A stretch of DNA of 64,000 bases. Origin: Yuukianura sp. NJ FZ-2021. Its lineage: Eukaryota. The stretch covers positions 13,702,001 through 13,766,000 of the forward strand of contig CM102286.1 of assembly GCA_046563655.1 (NCBI GenBank), written 5' to 3'. The first letter of the stretch is position 1. Every line of letters begins with the position of its first letter. The position numbers were made by a program, and so were the translations under genes. The notes under the pieces are model-generated. The model worked only from the letters and a program-made list of their open reading frames with translations. It was not told where the DNA came from and did not search any database. This document shows, piece after piece, positions 28,114 to 41,490 of the stretch.

Positions 28114-29042
28114 TACGCTGATTCTCAAGTGGACAATTGACTAAAATTTAGAAACTACCTTAAAAAAAGTAAACACTCAACCGGATATTGACTTGTCGAC
28201 TTAGCGTCTCCTGTCCATTACTTGGACTCAAAATGGTTACAAGGATGTCATTATTGTCACTCCATTTCAGAAATCCAAAGTTACACTTTCTGAAAGTTAC
28301 ACTGAAATTTTGAAATGACCAAACCGTTACTTTGGGGAGTTATTTTGAGCCAGAAAAAGTAATTGTTCAAGGCCACAGGAAGCTCTGCAGGTAAACTTCA
28401 CTTTCACTTGGACAGAAACAGTAGAGCGATGTGTTCCAAATAGGTTAGGGTGGTTTTGGAAAATTTGGAAAATGGATTTAGAAAAAACTAGAACAGGACG
28501 AATGTTTTGAAGTGCCTGTTTGTTTCACTGACCGAAATAAACTATGTTGTATTGGCTTCATCAGGCTCAGAAGTGGAGGTGGTTGATGATCTTAAGAGGC
28601 TCAGAAGGCGACAAAGGGGGTAGAAGTGCCAAGGGGATGATGACGCCGAGATTGTTAGTTTTTGCTCAGACTTCCAACGTTATTGTGACTCTTCTGCTGA
28701 CTCCCTCGATGCTTCGATATCCTCCTAACAATTATTGTTTCCTTACAAGTTAGGTAAAGGTGAAACACGGGCGGAAGATGTAGGTGTGCTATTAAGTAGG
28801 AAGAGCTACTTTACTCATCCACCTTCTCTGTATGTCTGTCCGTCTGTCTACGGTCCATTACCGCCAACCTCAGACACGGCTAATCTGTTTTAAGAAACGG
28901 TTCTCGGATATTCGGATTTTTGTTCCGGATATAAATGCGAATTTTTGACGGATTCGGATTCTTGCAAATCGGGATCGGAAAAATGGAATCCTGATTTGAC
29001 GGCTTTTTCGTTCCATTTCAGGGTAGGAAAAATTGGAAAATG

Positions 29043-29211
29043 CACTTTAGTGATTTTCTCAGCCTAATCGTGACTTTTCCAAAAGTCCTACTGTAGAAAG
29101 TTAGAAGGTGTGATGATGTTTTAAAAAAATAATATTTTGGAATTTTATAATTTTTCATAAATTAGGAAAACACACTTGAGTGATTTTCTCAGCCTAATCG
29201 TGAGTTTTCCA
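29043..29211. repeat. Pair of ~38-bp direct repeats upstream of sas
   Basis: cactt(t/g)agtgattttctcagcctaatcgtga(c/g)ttttcca at ~29043 and ~29173. Confidence 0.8.
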
Positions 29212-29897
29212 GAAGAAAGCGGCGACGGATTTGCACTCCTATTCCCGGAAACGCTTTCACCGTTGAACCTAGGTGTAATCAATACCGTTAGCCTGTCATG
29301 GGTCAAATTTGTCTGTTTAACAAGCAGACACAGGTTAACTTCGTTCTTAACCCTTTACCATTGTTTCTCTACTGTGCACTACGGCTTTCAGCGGTTCTCT
29401 ACGGAGCACATTGGTTCATCTTCCGCTACTTGTTTACACCCCCTTATTAATTGTTCTTGAGAGTCGAGGGATGTTGCTGGTACGAAAACGGGTAGAGGGT
29501 AACTTCAGGTTTCTTGAAAGCTGAAGCAGGTGAATGCCTCAAGCAGTTCTGTGAATTGTCCAAGGGGAGGATCCTTGGAATTCTTCAAGTATCTTGAATT
29601 ATGCTGGTCTTCAAAGTACTTTTGAAAGTATCTTGCGAAATTTTTCAAGCGTGACTCCATGTACAATCGAGAGCTGGAAGTCCTTGGAAGGGGTCCAGAA
29701 CCCTGCAAGAACAAAAAATGAAAAAACCATTAAAATTTTACATTTTCAACACGAAACCTTGATCATAACTTTTTGATTTGCAATTTACGTAGTACCTGGC
29801 TGACGTTTCCAGCAAAGAATTTTTATCACATCCTGCGTTTAGCATCTGCTTGAAATTCAATTTGAGCAAGATATACAATCTTGTGCAAAATATTTAT

Positions 29898-30000
29898 GCA
29901 GAATTTAACAAAAAATCAAAAGTTCGTGGTTTCAAAAAATAATCCTATCGCATTATTTTTTGAAATCACGAACTTTTGATTTTCTTTTGTTAAATTCTGC
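29898..30000. repeat. Long near-perfect inverted repeat (~47-bp arms, 8-nt loop); MITE-like or hairpin RNA
   Basis: gcagaatttaacaaaaaatcaaaagttcgtggtttcaaaaaataat-cctatcgc-attattttttgaaatcacgaacttttgattttcttttgttaaattctgc. Confidence 0.85.
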
Positions 30001-30497
30001 CTACTTAACATAATGAAAAAAGAGAAATTCGAACGAAATAGAAAATTCGTAATTCGTAATTCAATGTATTTCAAATATTTTCTAATAGAGTGAAGAGACC
30101 GAGTAATGAGTATGAATAAATACTTTCTTATAGCGTCTTAGCAGTAAGCTCAATTACCATTTTAACCCACTACCAGCAGAGTAAATATAAAAATAGCTTG
30201 TGTTATTAATTAATATTACAACTAATTATTACTTGTGAATTAAATGTAAACGCGTTTAAGCACAATTCTGAATCAATTAAGTAAATCAACTTGCAACCAA
30301 CCGAAAACATTTGAAGTCAAAATTCAATATCCGCATAACAATAATTCCGTAATTTTAAATTAATTAAGATCCCTGTCCATGATTTCTGAAATGCAAAAAG
30401 CAGTAAGCAGTCAATGGCTATACCTCACGTCGTGTCAATTTACCAAAAACGTTAAAGTAAAATCATAATCGTCAGTTACTATCCAGTGTTAAGCATA

Positions 30498-31920
30498 TTA
30501 GGGCGTCTCCTCTGTCATTTTGACCAAAACGGAAGAAAGATTCTGCATTGTCTGAAGTAATTGAAGATCCAGTTCACGTTTCTGCTTGTATTCTCGAATT
30601 TGCCGAGCTTCGGTTACTTCCCATCTCCGCTGAGCACTTTCTTCCATTGTGCGAAGCAGTGTTAGCCAAGATGGCGGCGGAGTGTCGTCGTTGTCACGAC
30701 GGTGATACTTGAGTGGCGGCGGTCCAGTGTTGTAGTCATCTTGACGATGATCGAGCATTGTGTTGTTGTCAAGGCGGTCACGAAGAGAAATGTTCAAATG
30801 CGGGCTGTTCAAGACCACACTGTGACCAAGACTTTGTGGCGAAGCCTGAAAGAAGAAAAAGTTATGATTTTTTTTGAAAATGTTACAATTTTAAGAAATT
30901 AAACTTACGTCAATATCATCCAGTTCATCTTGAAACCTTCGCTTATTCGGTTTCACTTCTTCAATTGTTATTGTTGGAGTTGGACGGAATTTATTGTTGG
31001 ATCGGTGATTTGTAACAGGCTTAATCTCAATCGGAAACTTGCGGACCTGGAGTGGAGGACTGTCTGCTTTCCTCTGAGGCGAGTAAGGTACTGCCGATAT
31101 TTCCAAATTGTCAACATGCGGCACATGATTGTGTGGACGAATTTCAATGTCACCTCGTCTTCCAATGACACCGTGATCTCTGGCTTCATCATCTGATTCG
31201 GTCAATGTCACGGACAAGAACTTATTTAAGTCACCTTCCACCTCCTCATTGTCATCAAACTCTTCTTCGACCAGGTTATCATCTTGATAGCCCCCCATGT
31301 CACCAAATGCAATGTCATCAGCGTTATCTTCGTCTTCCTGGAACCCATCTCCTCCTGCACCTTCTAAAGCCAGCTTCCTTATGCCAACGGGATCCTTCTT
31401 TTGCCAGTAAGTGAGCAAATCGTCATAAAATTCCCAAGTGTACGGAAATCTTCCTTGTTTTCCCTGCGATCCACGGCTAACTGTGCGACGAAACGATACT
31501 AACAGATTGCGCCACTTCTTGTCACCTAAAATAAATCCAAATACTTCGTTGTATACTACTGATCTTAGATGTTGTTGCGTGTGTTCATTACAAATGCTTG
31601 GAGGAAAGTCAAATCCATTTTCTTTGAGAGCCAGTGAAATCCGCTCCCAGAGGTCCATCTTCCTTTGATTCGGATCATCGAATTCTGCATCTAGTTCTGC
31701 TCTGATACGAATCAGTAGACGAGTTGCATCCTTCGTCCAGCTGTAGTTGACAATCTCTGTAATTTGATTTAACATTCCGAGTTAACACGTATAAATAAGC
31801 ATAACAAATGAAAGTGGGATTCTAATCCATTTTGACATTGACATTACTTGGATCTCGGGAATATATGACCTCATCTCCGACATCTCCCTCCTCCTTTACG
31901 GTCACTTCTCCTCGATACAT
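30498..31920 (-). CDS. Myb/SANT-like (trihelix / MADF-related) DNA-binding protein with C-terminal coiled coil
   Basis: Exons ~31920-31848 (MYRGEVTVKEEG…), ~31757-31592, 31525-~30908 and ~30846-30498. The motif W-TKDATRLLIRIR…F…LWERISLALKENGF…CDKKWRNL…W.FYDDL is typical of Myb/SANT trihelix domains. It is followed by an acidic linker and a C-terminal EESAQRRWE…ELDLQLLQTMQNL helix. Confidence 0.8.
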
Positions 31921-33469
31921 GAGGTCTGAAAATAAGAGACAAGAGAAACTTTAGAATCATTCATCAGTACGTAAAATTAATAAAGTGGTTAAAACAACAA
32001 AAAATATGCCGTTATAAAAATTGAAATGAGGGCAAGGGCTTACACGTTAAGAGATGACTCTTCCTGGACGTTCCTTGATGTTACTGTTGTTCATTGGCCA
32101 GAAACGCTGAAAATTACTTACTAAACTTTACTAAATTTGACAGTGAAGGTAAATTTGAATTGACGTTTGAAGAAACCGATTTGTTTTGTTATTTAGTTAT
32201 TTTATTTTTCAAAAAATGAAAAAAGTAAAATTTTTGTTCTTTCATTCAAATGACTCAGATTCCCGCGGTTTAAAAAATTTTCAAATTCCACCCTCTAGAT
32301 GGCGAAAACTGGAGTCAGCTAACACTACGGCTATGTTTAGCGTCATTTTGCACGAAAAAAAAATTTATGGGAGAAAAATGTGAAAATTTGGAAAACTGTG
32401 CTAGTTTTAAGTTCGTATTAAATTATAATATTTTATTCGTAATTTACGCAAATACATTTCAAGAAAGTTATTTCATTAATGTTTTTATACTGAAGACCGG
32501 TATATAAAATATCAGTGTCTTCGCTTATTTTTTTGCCCTGCACTTTCTTCTTCGTAATTTCTTAAAGTCATTTCATAAAACATAAAATTTCCATAAAGTG
32601 TCTTATTGGCTTCACCCTTTAGGTGAATTCTTGTTTCCATTTTAGCATAATAGAACCTAATTTAAGGTTCAAAATTAACTTATTAATTTACTATTTAATT
32701 TGTATTTCCATTAACTTTCGAAATTTTGCCTAAAGTAATAAAAACTCAGTGTCAATTTTTATTTCAGCTTCTAAAATGAACGGACAATGAAATGACTTTT
32801 AGACAAGGTTTCGAAATTGTTAGTTTTTTAGTTAGGCTAGTTGTTAGTTAGTTTTTTGTGCAAATTGTAATAATGTTTTGTTAAGCATTCATGATGATAA
32901 TGATGATGGACCAAGCCTAGCTTTCTCTGCTTTCATTTGTAAAGTTACTGCTGGGAGTTGGACTAAAAGCTTCGTTTGGAAGTTGAAGGAGCCGTGGCAT
33001 GATTCTCCGGCACAGTGTGACCCGCCGTGACTCTGCGGAGGAAGTAAGTCTGAGGGCAGCGTCTGTGCCACGGTTTGTTCCAAGAGACGCGTAAAGGTTG
33101 GATTCTACCCGCCTCTTTTGGGTTGAAAGTTTCCGCCCAGAATGGCCATTGAGCTGAGAGTCATTGGGTGGATGGCATTGGGGAAATCCTCCTTTCACGT
33201 CTCAAGAGACATGTTATTAGCCCCTCCACAACCATCCCTCCATCCACTTCTGCCAACCTAACCTTAGCCTAACCTTAGCCTAACGTTAGGTTCCTCTCTC
33301 TCTCGTCCATTAAAAGTCTCTTCACAATTCCAAGTAGAAAAGCTACCAAATCAAATAGAAAGTTCCTTTATTCCTTTCCCAAATATTTCAATTCCACAAT
33401 TTATGATATTTTCCACTTCCGCTTTCTTTCTCAAACCATTCGTCGCTTGTCCACCGCTGTCCAGCTTGC

Positions 33470-33705
33470 GACTGAAGTTAGACCTAGCCGGTCGCCGCAA
33501 GTTTCTAGTTGCTTGTCCAAAGTTTCTAGCTGCTCGTCAGTAGTTAGACCTAGCTGGACACCAGAAGTTAGACCAAGCTGGTCACCAGAAGTTAGATCTA
33601 GCTGGTCGCCACTAGTTTCTAGCTAGCTGTCCATAGTTTCTAGCTGATCGCCAGTAGTTTTCAGCTGGTCGACCATAGTTTTGAGCTAGTTGGCCATAGT
33701 TTTTG
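33470..33705. repeat. ~21-bp tandem repeat (GTTAGACCTAGCTGGTCRCC / GTTTCTAGCTG) upstream of scro
   Basis: About 11 degenerate units visible. Confidence 0.8.
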
Positions 33706-34571
33706 GTATCTCCAGCATTTCGCGGGCTTCTGAAACTCAAGGGCCGAAAATCAAGAGAGCCTAAGTTGAAAGCCCTAGTAGACGAGAGCCCTCCTCAAGT
33801 CCCGGTTGACAACCCTCCAGAATCCCACCATTCCTCAAGACACGAAGCACCAAGCTTAACCAGAGGACGACCCCATCGTCTCTTTTGGGGTGGGCTTTTC
33901 ACTTCAATTCGAAAGCTTCCCAAGAGATCTCGACACCACGAGACCAGTCAGCCCTCAATCGTCACAGTCATTACAACTTGAACTGAGGACTCTTCACCTT
34001 TTAAGTCATAAGTTCCCACTACTCGAATCAATCCTAACCTCTTAGGCCAAAACTAAAAGTTAGGCCATTTGAAGTTGTTGGACACTCCAAAGTTGGCTGG
34101 ATAACTAAAGTGGTCCTCTTTTCAAAAAACCCGGTTTTAGCACCAACTCTCAATTATCATCAACAGGAACAGTAGGAAGGGTTCTCACCTTTAGGCCACT
34201 TTAGTCCTTGAGAGACACACTTAAGAGTCCTCTTCCTGCTCTTATCCATTCAACTCCATCAAGGCTCATCACTAAAGTACTCTTGGAAAACTAAACCGAA
34301 TCATCATGTCAACTTATCCAAGTGTGGACTCCATAACGATAAAAGTATTGCATATCCGACTACTTTAAGAGTGAAAGTGAAGTGAACTCCAATTTGGGCC
34401 AATTCCACTCTTCGATTGGCCAAAGTGGACCGATTTCAAGGAAAGTGCTTTTGGCCCCAAGCGTTTAACGCGGGAAACGACTTTCACCGTCAAACGCAGA
34501 CTTTCACTGCTTCCGCTCCAGCGACCTCCTACTGTTCAGCTGAACTAAATAGAAGCAGTGAATTCTTCAAC

Positions 34572-34791
34572 TCAAAGGTCAATGACCCCGAATTTCTGAA
34601 TTGCAAGGTCAATGACCCCGAATTTCTAAATTCCAAAGTCACTGACCCCGAATTTTTGAATTCCAAAGTCACCAACTCCGATTTTCTGAATTCTGAAATC
34701 ACCAATTCAAAATTTTTGAAGAGAAATCAAGCTGAATTGAAATTTTTGAGCGTAAAGGTCAATGACCCCGAATCCGACAGGTCAAAGGTCG
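34572..34791 (+). repeat. 30-bp tandem repeat carrying IR1 nuclear-receptor sites (AGGTCAATGACCC)
   Basis: AGGTCAATGACCC at 34576, 34606 and 34756; variant AAGTCACTGACCC at 34636; DR1-like AGGTCAAAGGTCG at 34779. Confidence 0.8.
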
Positions 34792-34970
34792 ACAATCTCC
34801 AGTTCTCCTTTGTAACAGAAACTGAAGTGACAGGATTGGTTAATCCATCAATTGACGAACCAATCACCGTCGTAAAACAGATTTCAGATTCCACTTCAAG
34901 TAATTACGATCATCATCGAGCTGGAGACGCTACTTTTTCAGCGCTGGCTGACCGTCCAGGTGACCTGGCC

Positions 34971-37900
34971 ATGTCTTTGAGCCCAAAGTCACTCATCCAC
35001 GACCAGCATCAGCATCAGCATCAGCATCATCAGCTCCACTCCAGTACTGCGGCCCATTCAACCCCATTTTCAGTGTCCGACATCCTGAGTCCACTGGAAG
35101 AATCTTATCGCCTCTCAACATCAGCTTCTGGAAAATCCTGTTTAGAAAGCATCCCTTCATCAGCAGGAAGTTTAACCCAACTGGCTTCGGCTAGCAACTC
35201 GCCAGCATCTTCTCCCTACAACCCCAACAGTTCTAAACTATTCCAAGGTCAACTGTCTCCCGATACCCCAAATACTGCCAGCATCCAAAATACTTCCAGT
35301 ATGAACGTCCAGTCTACCTCGCCCTACACCCACATGCATGTGCCCCAACTGTCCCACCAAGCAGCAGCATTCCAAGCACAGTATTGCAATGGAGCTGACC
35401 TCCACGGAATGGCTGGTCACTATGGAGATGTCCGCAGTTCGGCCACAGCCGGCTGGTACGGAGCCACCGCTGGTGATCCGCGCTTTGCAAGTAAGTTTTT
35501 TGGCGGTTAATTTAAAACTTTCTAGAAATTCAAAAATTTCAAATCAATTCAAAGAAAAATTTCACCCCGGTTTTTTTTTCAAAAGTTGATTCCAGCTTCC
35601 CGCTTTTTTGTCCCGATGCTGGAGTCAATTAGGAGGGAAAGTTGATTTTTGAAAGTCCTAATTGCATTAGGCAGTTTGAACAAAATTTTGAACAGTTTGA
35701 ACACGAAGTCATTAGAAGAGGGAGTGCGGATGGTTGGTTTCACGGAAAAAACATGATTTGGTGTGCTGATGATGAAACATGGTTTATCTCCAATGATCCT
35801 TGATAATCTGTGGAAGTGAAATCGGAAGTTTCCCGCGTTTGTCTAAACTTTTTGAAACGTGACTAAACTTAAATTCAACTCAATCATGATGGTTTTAAGC
35901 AGTTGGTGCAAAACAGGCGGTTATTTTTTAAGTTTTTGAAAGCAAAGAACAACATTTGGAACCCCTTCCATCTTGATTCCCGGATTACGTAATATGTGAA
36001 ACCAAAAATAACATAAAATTTTGAAAAACTTTTTTTTTCGTTTTTTGTTGACGTAGTTCGTCTGATGGGATCATCGAGTGCCGGGATGAATATGAACGTG
36101 TCAAATATGTCAAGTTTGTCTGGATGCACTATGGGAACGGATCCAAAACCTATGCAGTTCCCTCTGTCACAGAGACGGAAGCGTCGCATCCTATTTACTC
36201 AAACCCAGGTAAAAAATCAAAAAAAGAAGCATATTTTTCAAAATTTAAAATCTGAACAAAATCAAAATGATTCAAATTTTTGCGAAATATTGTTGCCAAA
36301 CTCATTTGTCAAAAATTTTCATTGCTTTGGCTATGCAGCGCTGAAATTTGTGAAAATAATTTCAGAACTTTAGCTTAACAGGATTTGTAGGTTCTTCCTT
36401 GTTCATTTTGCTGCAGCTTTTCAATTACAAATTTTGGTGGTTTCACCGAAATTTGCTCGAAAGTAAAAAGGTCTGAGAAATTTTTTTCGTTGCTAAATTG
36501 AAAAATTGCGGGAATCTTTTAGTTTTGAACAAAAACTTTATTAAGGACTACAGTTTAGACACCAATTTTGAAATGAAGTGTAAATTATTGTTGATTATGG
36601 GCACTTTTAGGCTGGAGCGGGAGTTTAGTTTTGAGTTTGAAATCCAAAATGAAAACAAAGAGATCAAGGCGGTGTGTAAATTGAGTCAACAGAAGATGGC
36701 TCAGAGTTGATTAAAGATTTAGGGAAGGGCGGGAGACTGGAGAGGGTGAAAGTGTACTTTCCCCGGGAATTTCAAATTTCCTCGTTTCGCGGGAAACTGT
36801 ACACAGACGACTACTGTAGTAGGAGAAACAGTACTGAAAACTAGGGTTAGGATTAGGTTGAAGTTAGGTTGTGTGGAATAAGTTTAGGTTAACCCCTGAG
36901 GGGAACAGAGGGGGACAGAAATTGAACCTATTATTCAATTGAGTGAAGTCATATTAGGCATTAAAGGCTTTTCCTTTTAACCAATTCCTAAATGCTTTTA
37001 AAACCTTGTTTGATGAAGTCTCTCTCTTCCCAAAAGCTCAAGCGAACATTTCTAAACTTTGGTTTACGAAGATTCGAATCCGTAGGGTGGGGTAAAGTAA
37101 ACTGTTTCACCCTTCTGCATTTGAAAATTTCACAGTTCAAAAGTTCCCGCCGTTTGGAACTACCCGGGCATTTACTGCACTACCCGCTTTTTACTTTTGA
37201 ATCGAAAGTTTTGATTTTAGAAGATGAACGATGCCAAATAAATCGCATGAACAGATTTTGATTTTGGGCTTTCAAAGTTTGTTGTGGATGGAAAATGGAA
37301 AAACGCGGGAAATTTGAAAATTTTGAAAAACTGAACCGGAAAGATCAGTATCTAGGTGTAGTAAGTAGTTTTTGTGAAAGAAATACCATGGTGTTCAATT
37401 GTGTCTAAACCTACATTATCGCTACAATCTGACATTCCCATTGTTAACGATCATTCTGCATCATGGAACACCTTTTGTTGAGACACTCTGTACATTCAAA
37501 CCTTTCGCTCCATTCATAAATTTCTTTATACTCCACTTCATAACTACACAACTTCAAAAAAACTTACAAATTCTTCAAAAAAAATTTCAAGACTAACGTT
37601 TTTTTTCAAAACGCGTTTTTAAGAAAACATTGCCCACAGTGTAAAAATCGTAACACATTTTCTTCAAACTCTACTTGTCATTCAAAATTACATAGAAATG
37701 GGTCACAAATTGTAATGTGAAATTATAAACATTTATTTCAAAAAAGAAAATTTCAAAATTTCAAATTTCTTGATTCAAAATTTGAGATTTTTTTTTTCGC
37801 TCAACTTTCACATTAACGCCAACCACAACTTTGACAAAATGGAAAAGAATTTTGGACTTGAAAATAAAAGTTTAAACTTCCATTATTAGTGCAGTATCAA

Positions 37901-39631
37901 AATTTTTATATTTTTTGCATCAATTTTTTTTATTTTCCAGAAAAATAAATAAAAATTGTATTTTGAGAATTGACACAGTTTGAGGTCATGTCATGAGAAA
38001 CTTTGATTTTGAAGATAGAATTGTTGAGCCACAAAGTGTGGCAAATAGAGATATCCTATTTCTGAAAAATTTGAAAGAAATTTTGACCTTTCTAATTTTT
38101 CAAAATCCTTCAAAATGGAACCTTTGCTTTGACTTTCCTTGTCAGACCCTTGGAGGGGGCCCTTCCAAATCCCATTTACCTTCTTATTTGTTCCGAACAA
38201 CAATAATGCCCATCTTCTTGTGGTTTTTTGAACAATAGGTTTTTGAATTGGAGCGAAGATTCAAAACACAAAGGTATCTGTCAGCACCCGAGCGGGAACA
38301 ACTAGCCAGTCTCATTCAACTGACCCCAACACAGGTGAGTTTTGGAGATGACATTCTTAGAAGATGACATTCCATCACTCCCGCCTTCTTTTCTTAAGTG
38401 TCATCATCACCTCTAAAATTTTAAAATTTTGAATGGAAACCTCCCGGGAAGTTTTTCGAATTCTCTCGGGACCTCCCTTGTCATCTTAAAATTACTTTTG
38501 AGGTTTTTCTCAAGTGTTGATCCACTTAAGTAATTGTTTACTTTATCTTTTTTTGAAAAAGGTGAAAATATGGTTTCAAAATCATCGCTATAAGTGCAAG
38601 AGGCAGCAAAAGGAAAAACAAATGGCAGAACAAAGTAGTAATCAGGTAGGAACAAATTTGTGGCTTGAGGAGATGGAGGGAGAGGGAAAGTTAGAATTTT
38701 GGAGAACTTTATTGATTTTGTGTTTCTGTTTTTCTGGGAACTTTTTTTTGAAATTGATTTGTAAAATGTAGAGTTCACCACGACGTGTAGCAGTTCCAGT
38801 GTTGGTGAAAGATGGTAAGCCGTGTAGCAGTTCCAATGGAGAAGGGCATAGCACTTCAGGCGGATCAGCAGCTTCTTCTGGATCATCCGTAGAGCTCAAG
38901 CCGTTCATCGGAAACTCAGCGTCACCCAATTCACAGTCAGCGCTCGGTCTACAGCCAAACTGCTCCCAGGTACAGCAGCAATAAAAAAAATGAATTTTAA
39001 CAAAAAAATTCTAAAAGTATTTTCAAGGTTTCTTGACAACGGAGTTGGATTTCCTACAACAGGTTGTCTAATAACTTACGGTTTTCAAAAATATTGCTTC
39101 AAACAACTTTTAGCACCAATCCCATTTAGATTACATGCAAAAAACTACTATAGAAAGGAAGATTTTAAAACTTCAAGTTATTGGACAACCTTGTGTAGAA
39201 AAACTTTTCTGTTTACAAACCTTGTGTATTTTGTCTAACACAAAAATTTTACTCCATTTTTGTCTCTGAAAGATTTTTTTACTATAAGTCGTTTTTTAAG
39301 TTTTTTTTTTCTTTTCTGTTGTAAAGTTCTATTTTTTTTTGAAAAAAAAAACGAATTTCTAAAAACTTTGGAAATTTTGTGTTAACGCATAACGTTTTTG
39401 TTGTAGGGCGGTCCGATGGTTTCGTTTGGCCACCAGTCGGCGTCTGCGCATTCTGGCAACATTGCAGCCCTTGGTGGCTACCAGCGACATGCTTTGACCC
39501 CGACCTTGGGCATGGGGTCACACGGCCTGTCTCACCATCACCACCAACAGCAACAGCATCATCACCACCAGCAACAGAGCCTCATGTGTGCTACTCCATA
39601 TCTACCACAGCTCCCTTCAAGGGCCTGGTGA
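34971..39631 (+). CDS. scro: NK2.1-class homeodomain transcription factor scarecrow (NKX2-1/NKX2-4 orthologue), 6 coding exons
   Basis: Exons 34971-35490, 36057-36208, 38239-38334, 38562-38645, 38772-38969 and 39407-39631. N-terminus MSLSPK, then TN/eh1 motif [18 protein letters not shown] and [12 protein letters not shown]. Homeodomain [59 protein letters not shown] has Tyr54. NK2-SD is [17 protein letters not shown], and the C-terminus is RAW. Confidence 0.95.
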
Positions 39632-41324
39632 AGGGCCCCTCAATCACTCTGACCCCATGACCTTTCACCTCTAAGTTTCTCTACAGTTGACTACTGAAGA
39701 ATGGACGAAAACTAGCTGCAAGAGCCCTTTGCTCAGTTACGGATTTTGTTTTTCAAAATTTTGGAATAATTTAAGACTTTCACCATTTTGTTTAAATTGT
39801 GCTTCAATTATAATTCCTTAGGCTAAGGGTTTTTCTCAAAGCGTGTGAAAGTTGATGTCGAAAATTCAAAAATTGGAAGTACAACTGAACTCAAATGGAG
39901 TCAATGAACAGAAAAATTTGTTTTGAGGACACATCATTAGGACTAGGCTAGGCTAAGGTTAGGTTATGAGTACTTGAGAAGACCTCCTCTGTCTGGGAAT
40001 TTGAGAAAATGAAAGATTCCAAGAGATGACTTTTGAATGTCCAATAATTTCCGCTTTGATTACTTTTAATAATATTTTGGAAATGAAAAAAGAGCGAGAG
40101 ATGATTTCAGTGGGAAGACTTTGTCGTTTCCTGGAGTGTGAGATTCTCAACCTTTGAATTGAGGTTTGAATTTGAACCTTGGAGCCAAAATTTTATGAAG
40201 TTGAAGAAGAAGTGCAACCATCCGCAGAAATGAACTTCACCTTTCACCCCCTCCTTTTTTTCACAAGGACAAAAGAATGCCATTTCGAGCGGAAAATCAT
40301 CACGGGAGAAAAAAGATTTTTCAAAAATATATTCACTGTACATACAATTAAACTCTTTGAAATTTCTAAAATTTTGAATAATTTATAAATATAAATATTG
40401 TGATATTTGTCATCAAAAAATTGAAAAACCAAAACAAAAACTTTGCAACTCAAGCTTGAGATCATGAAAACCTTAAAGTAACTTTTGAATTTTTGAAACG
40501 CAATGCTTCTAAGTTAAAATTTTAAATTTTGAGTATCGTCGTAGCACAACAAAGTGAAAATTTTGGACTCCACTGTGATTGATTTTGTTTTTGGATGAAG
40601 TTGGGGTTGGCAGTTGTTTGTGCTGGTTGAGTAACTTCGGAATTGGATCTCCCGAAGCAAGTCAATTTGTGTGGTGTACATTGGGGTCGTTCAGCTCAAC
40701 TTCAACCAAAAGTTAGCCTAGCCTTTGGTTAGGTTATTTCTTCTGTTCACCATTGATTTCCTGCCTAATTCGACCAAAATCTGATTCAATTGCTTCAAAT
40801 AACCAATTTTGTGAACTCTATAAACCCGATGTCACAGCTCACTTTTCAAATAAAACACATTTTGCAAAATTAGTTTCAAATTAGACAGTTAAAGTTTAAA
40901 TTAATCCCAGCTACTGTTTGAATTTTTTTTTGTAAAGTTAGGGTAGGTTTAGAAGACTTCCACTTTCAAAATTTTGAAAGCCTGTTTCTTGTGCTGAAAG
41001 ACGGGAAGTCTATTGTTGGGTGTTGATGCGGCGGGAAGATTTGAATATGTATGAGCACTGCGGCAGATTCGAATTGGTTGGTGTTGAGCATTACACGGTC
41101 TCTCGCTCCAAATTGAATTTGGTTCTTGGCGCTGCCCTGCCATGAATGGGATGGACTCAATGATATCAACGGAAACTGTCATAACCGGCAACTTCTGCTC
41201 ATGTCACCCACACTATTATTAACTCAAAACCAAAATTAGTCACACACAATAACATCAACATCACACCACATCAACACCAACTCTCATTCAATCAACTCAC
41301 CCCACCACAAAATTAAGAAATTGG

Positions 41325-41490
41325 ACAGCAAATTATTCGAAAATAAAAACCAATTCTAGCCAACAATTTCGTATTTTTTAAACAAAAATCAATTCTGGTC
41401 AAGAAATTTGTGTTTTAGAAGAAAATCAATTCTACCCAAGAAAGTGTTTTAAAAAAACAATTCTAGCCAAGAAATTTGTATTTTTGAAAA
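41325..41490. repeat. ~40-bp tandem repeat (AATTCTAGCCAAGAAATTTG…TTTT)
   Basis: About 4 degenerate copies. Confidence 0.7.

Noticed and set aside
33470..33705. Regularly spaced repeats superficially like a CRISPR array
   Set aside because: Eukaryotic context, no unique spacers and no cas genes; an ordinary minisatellite
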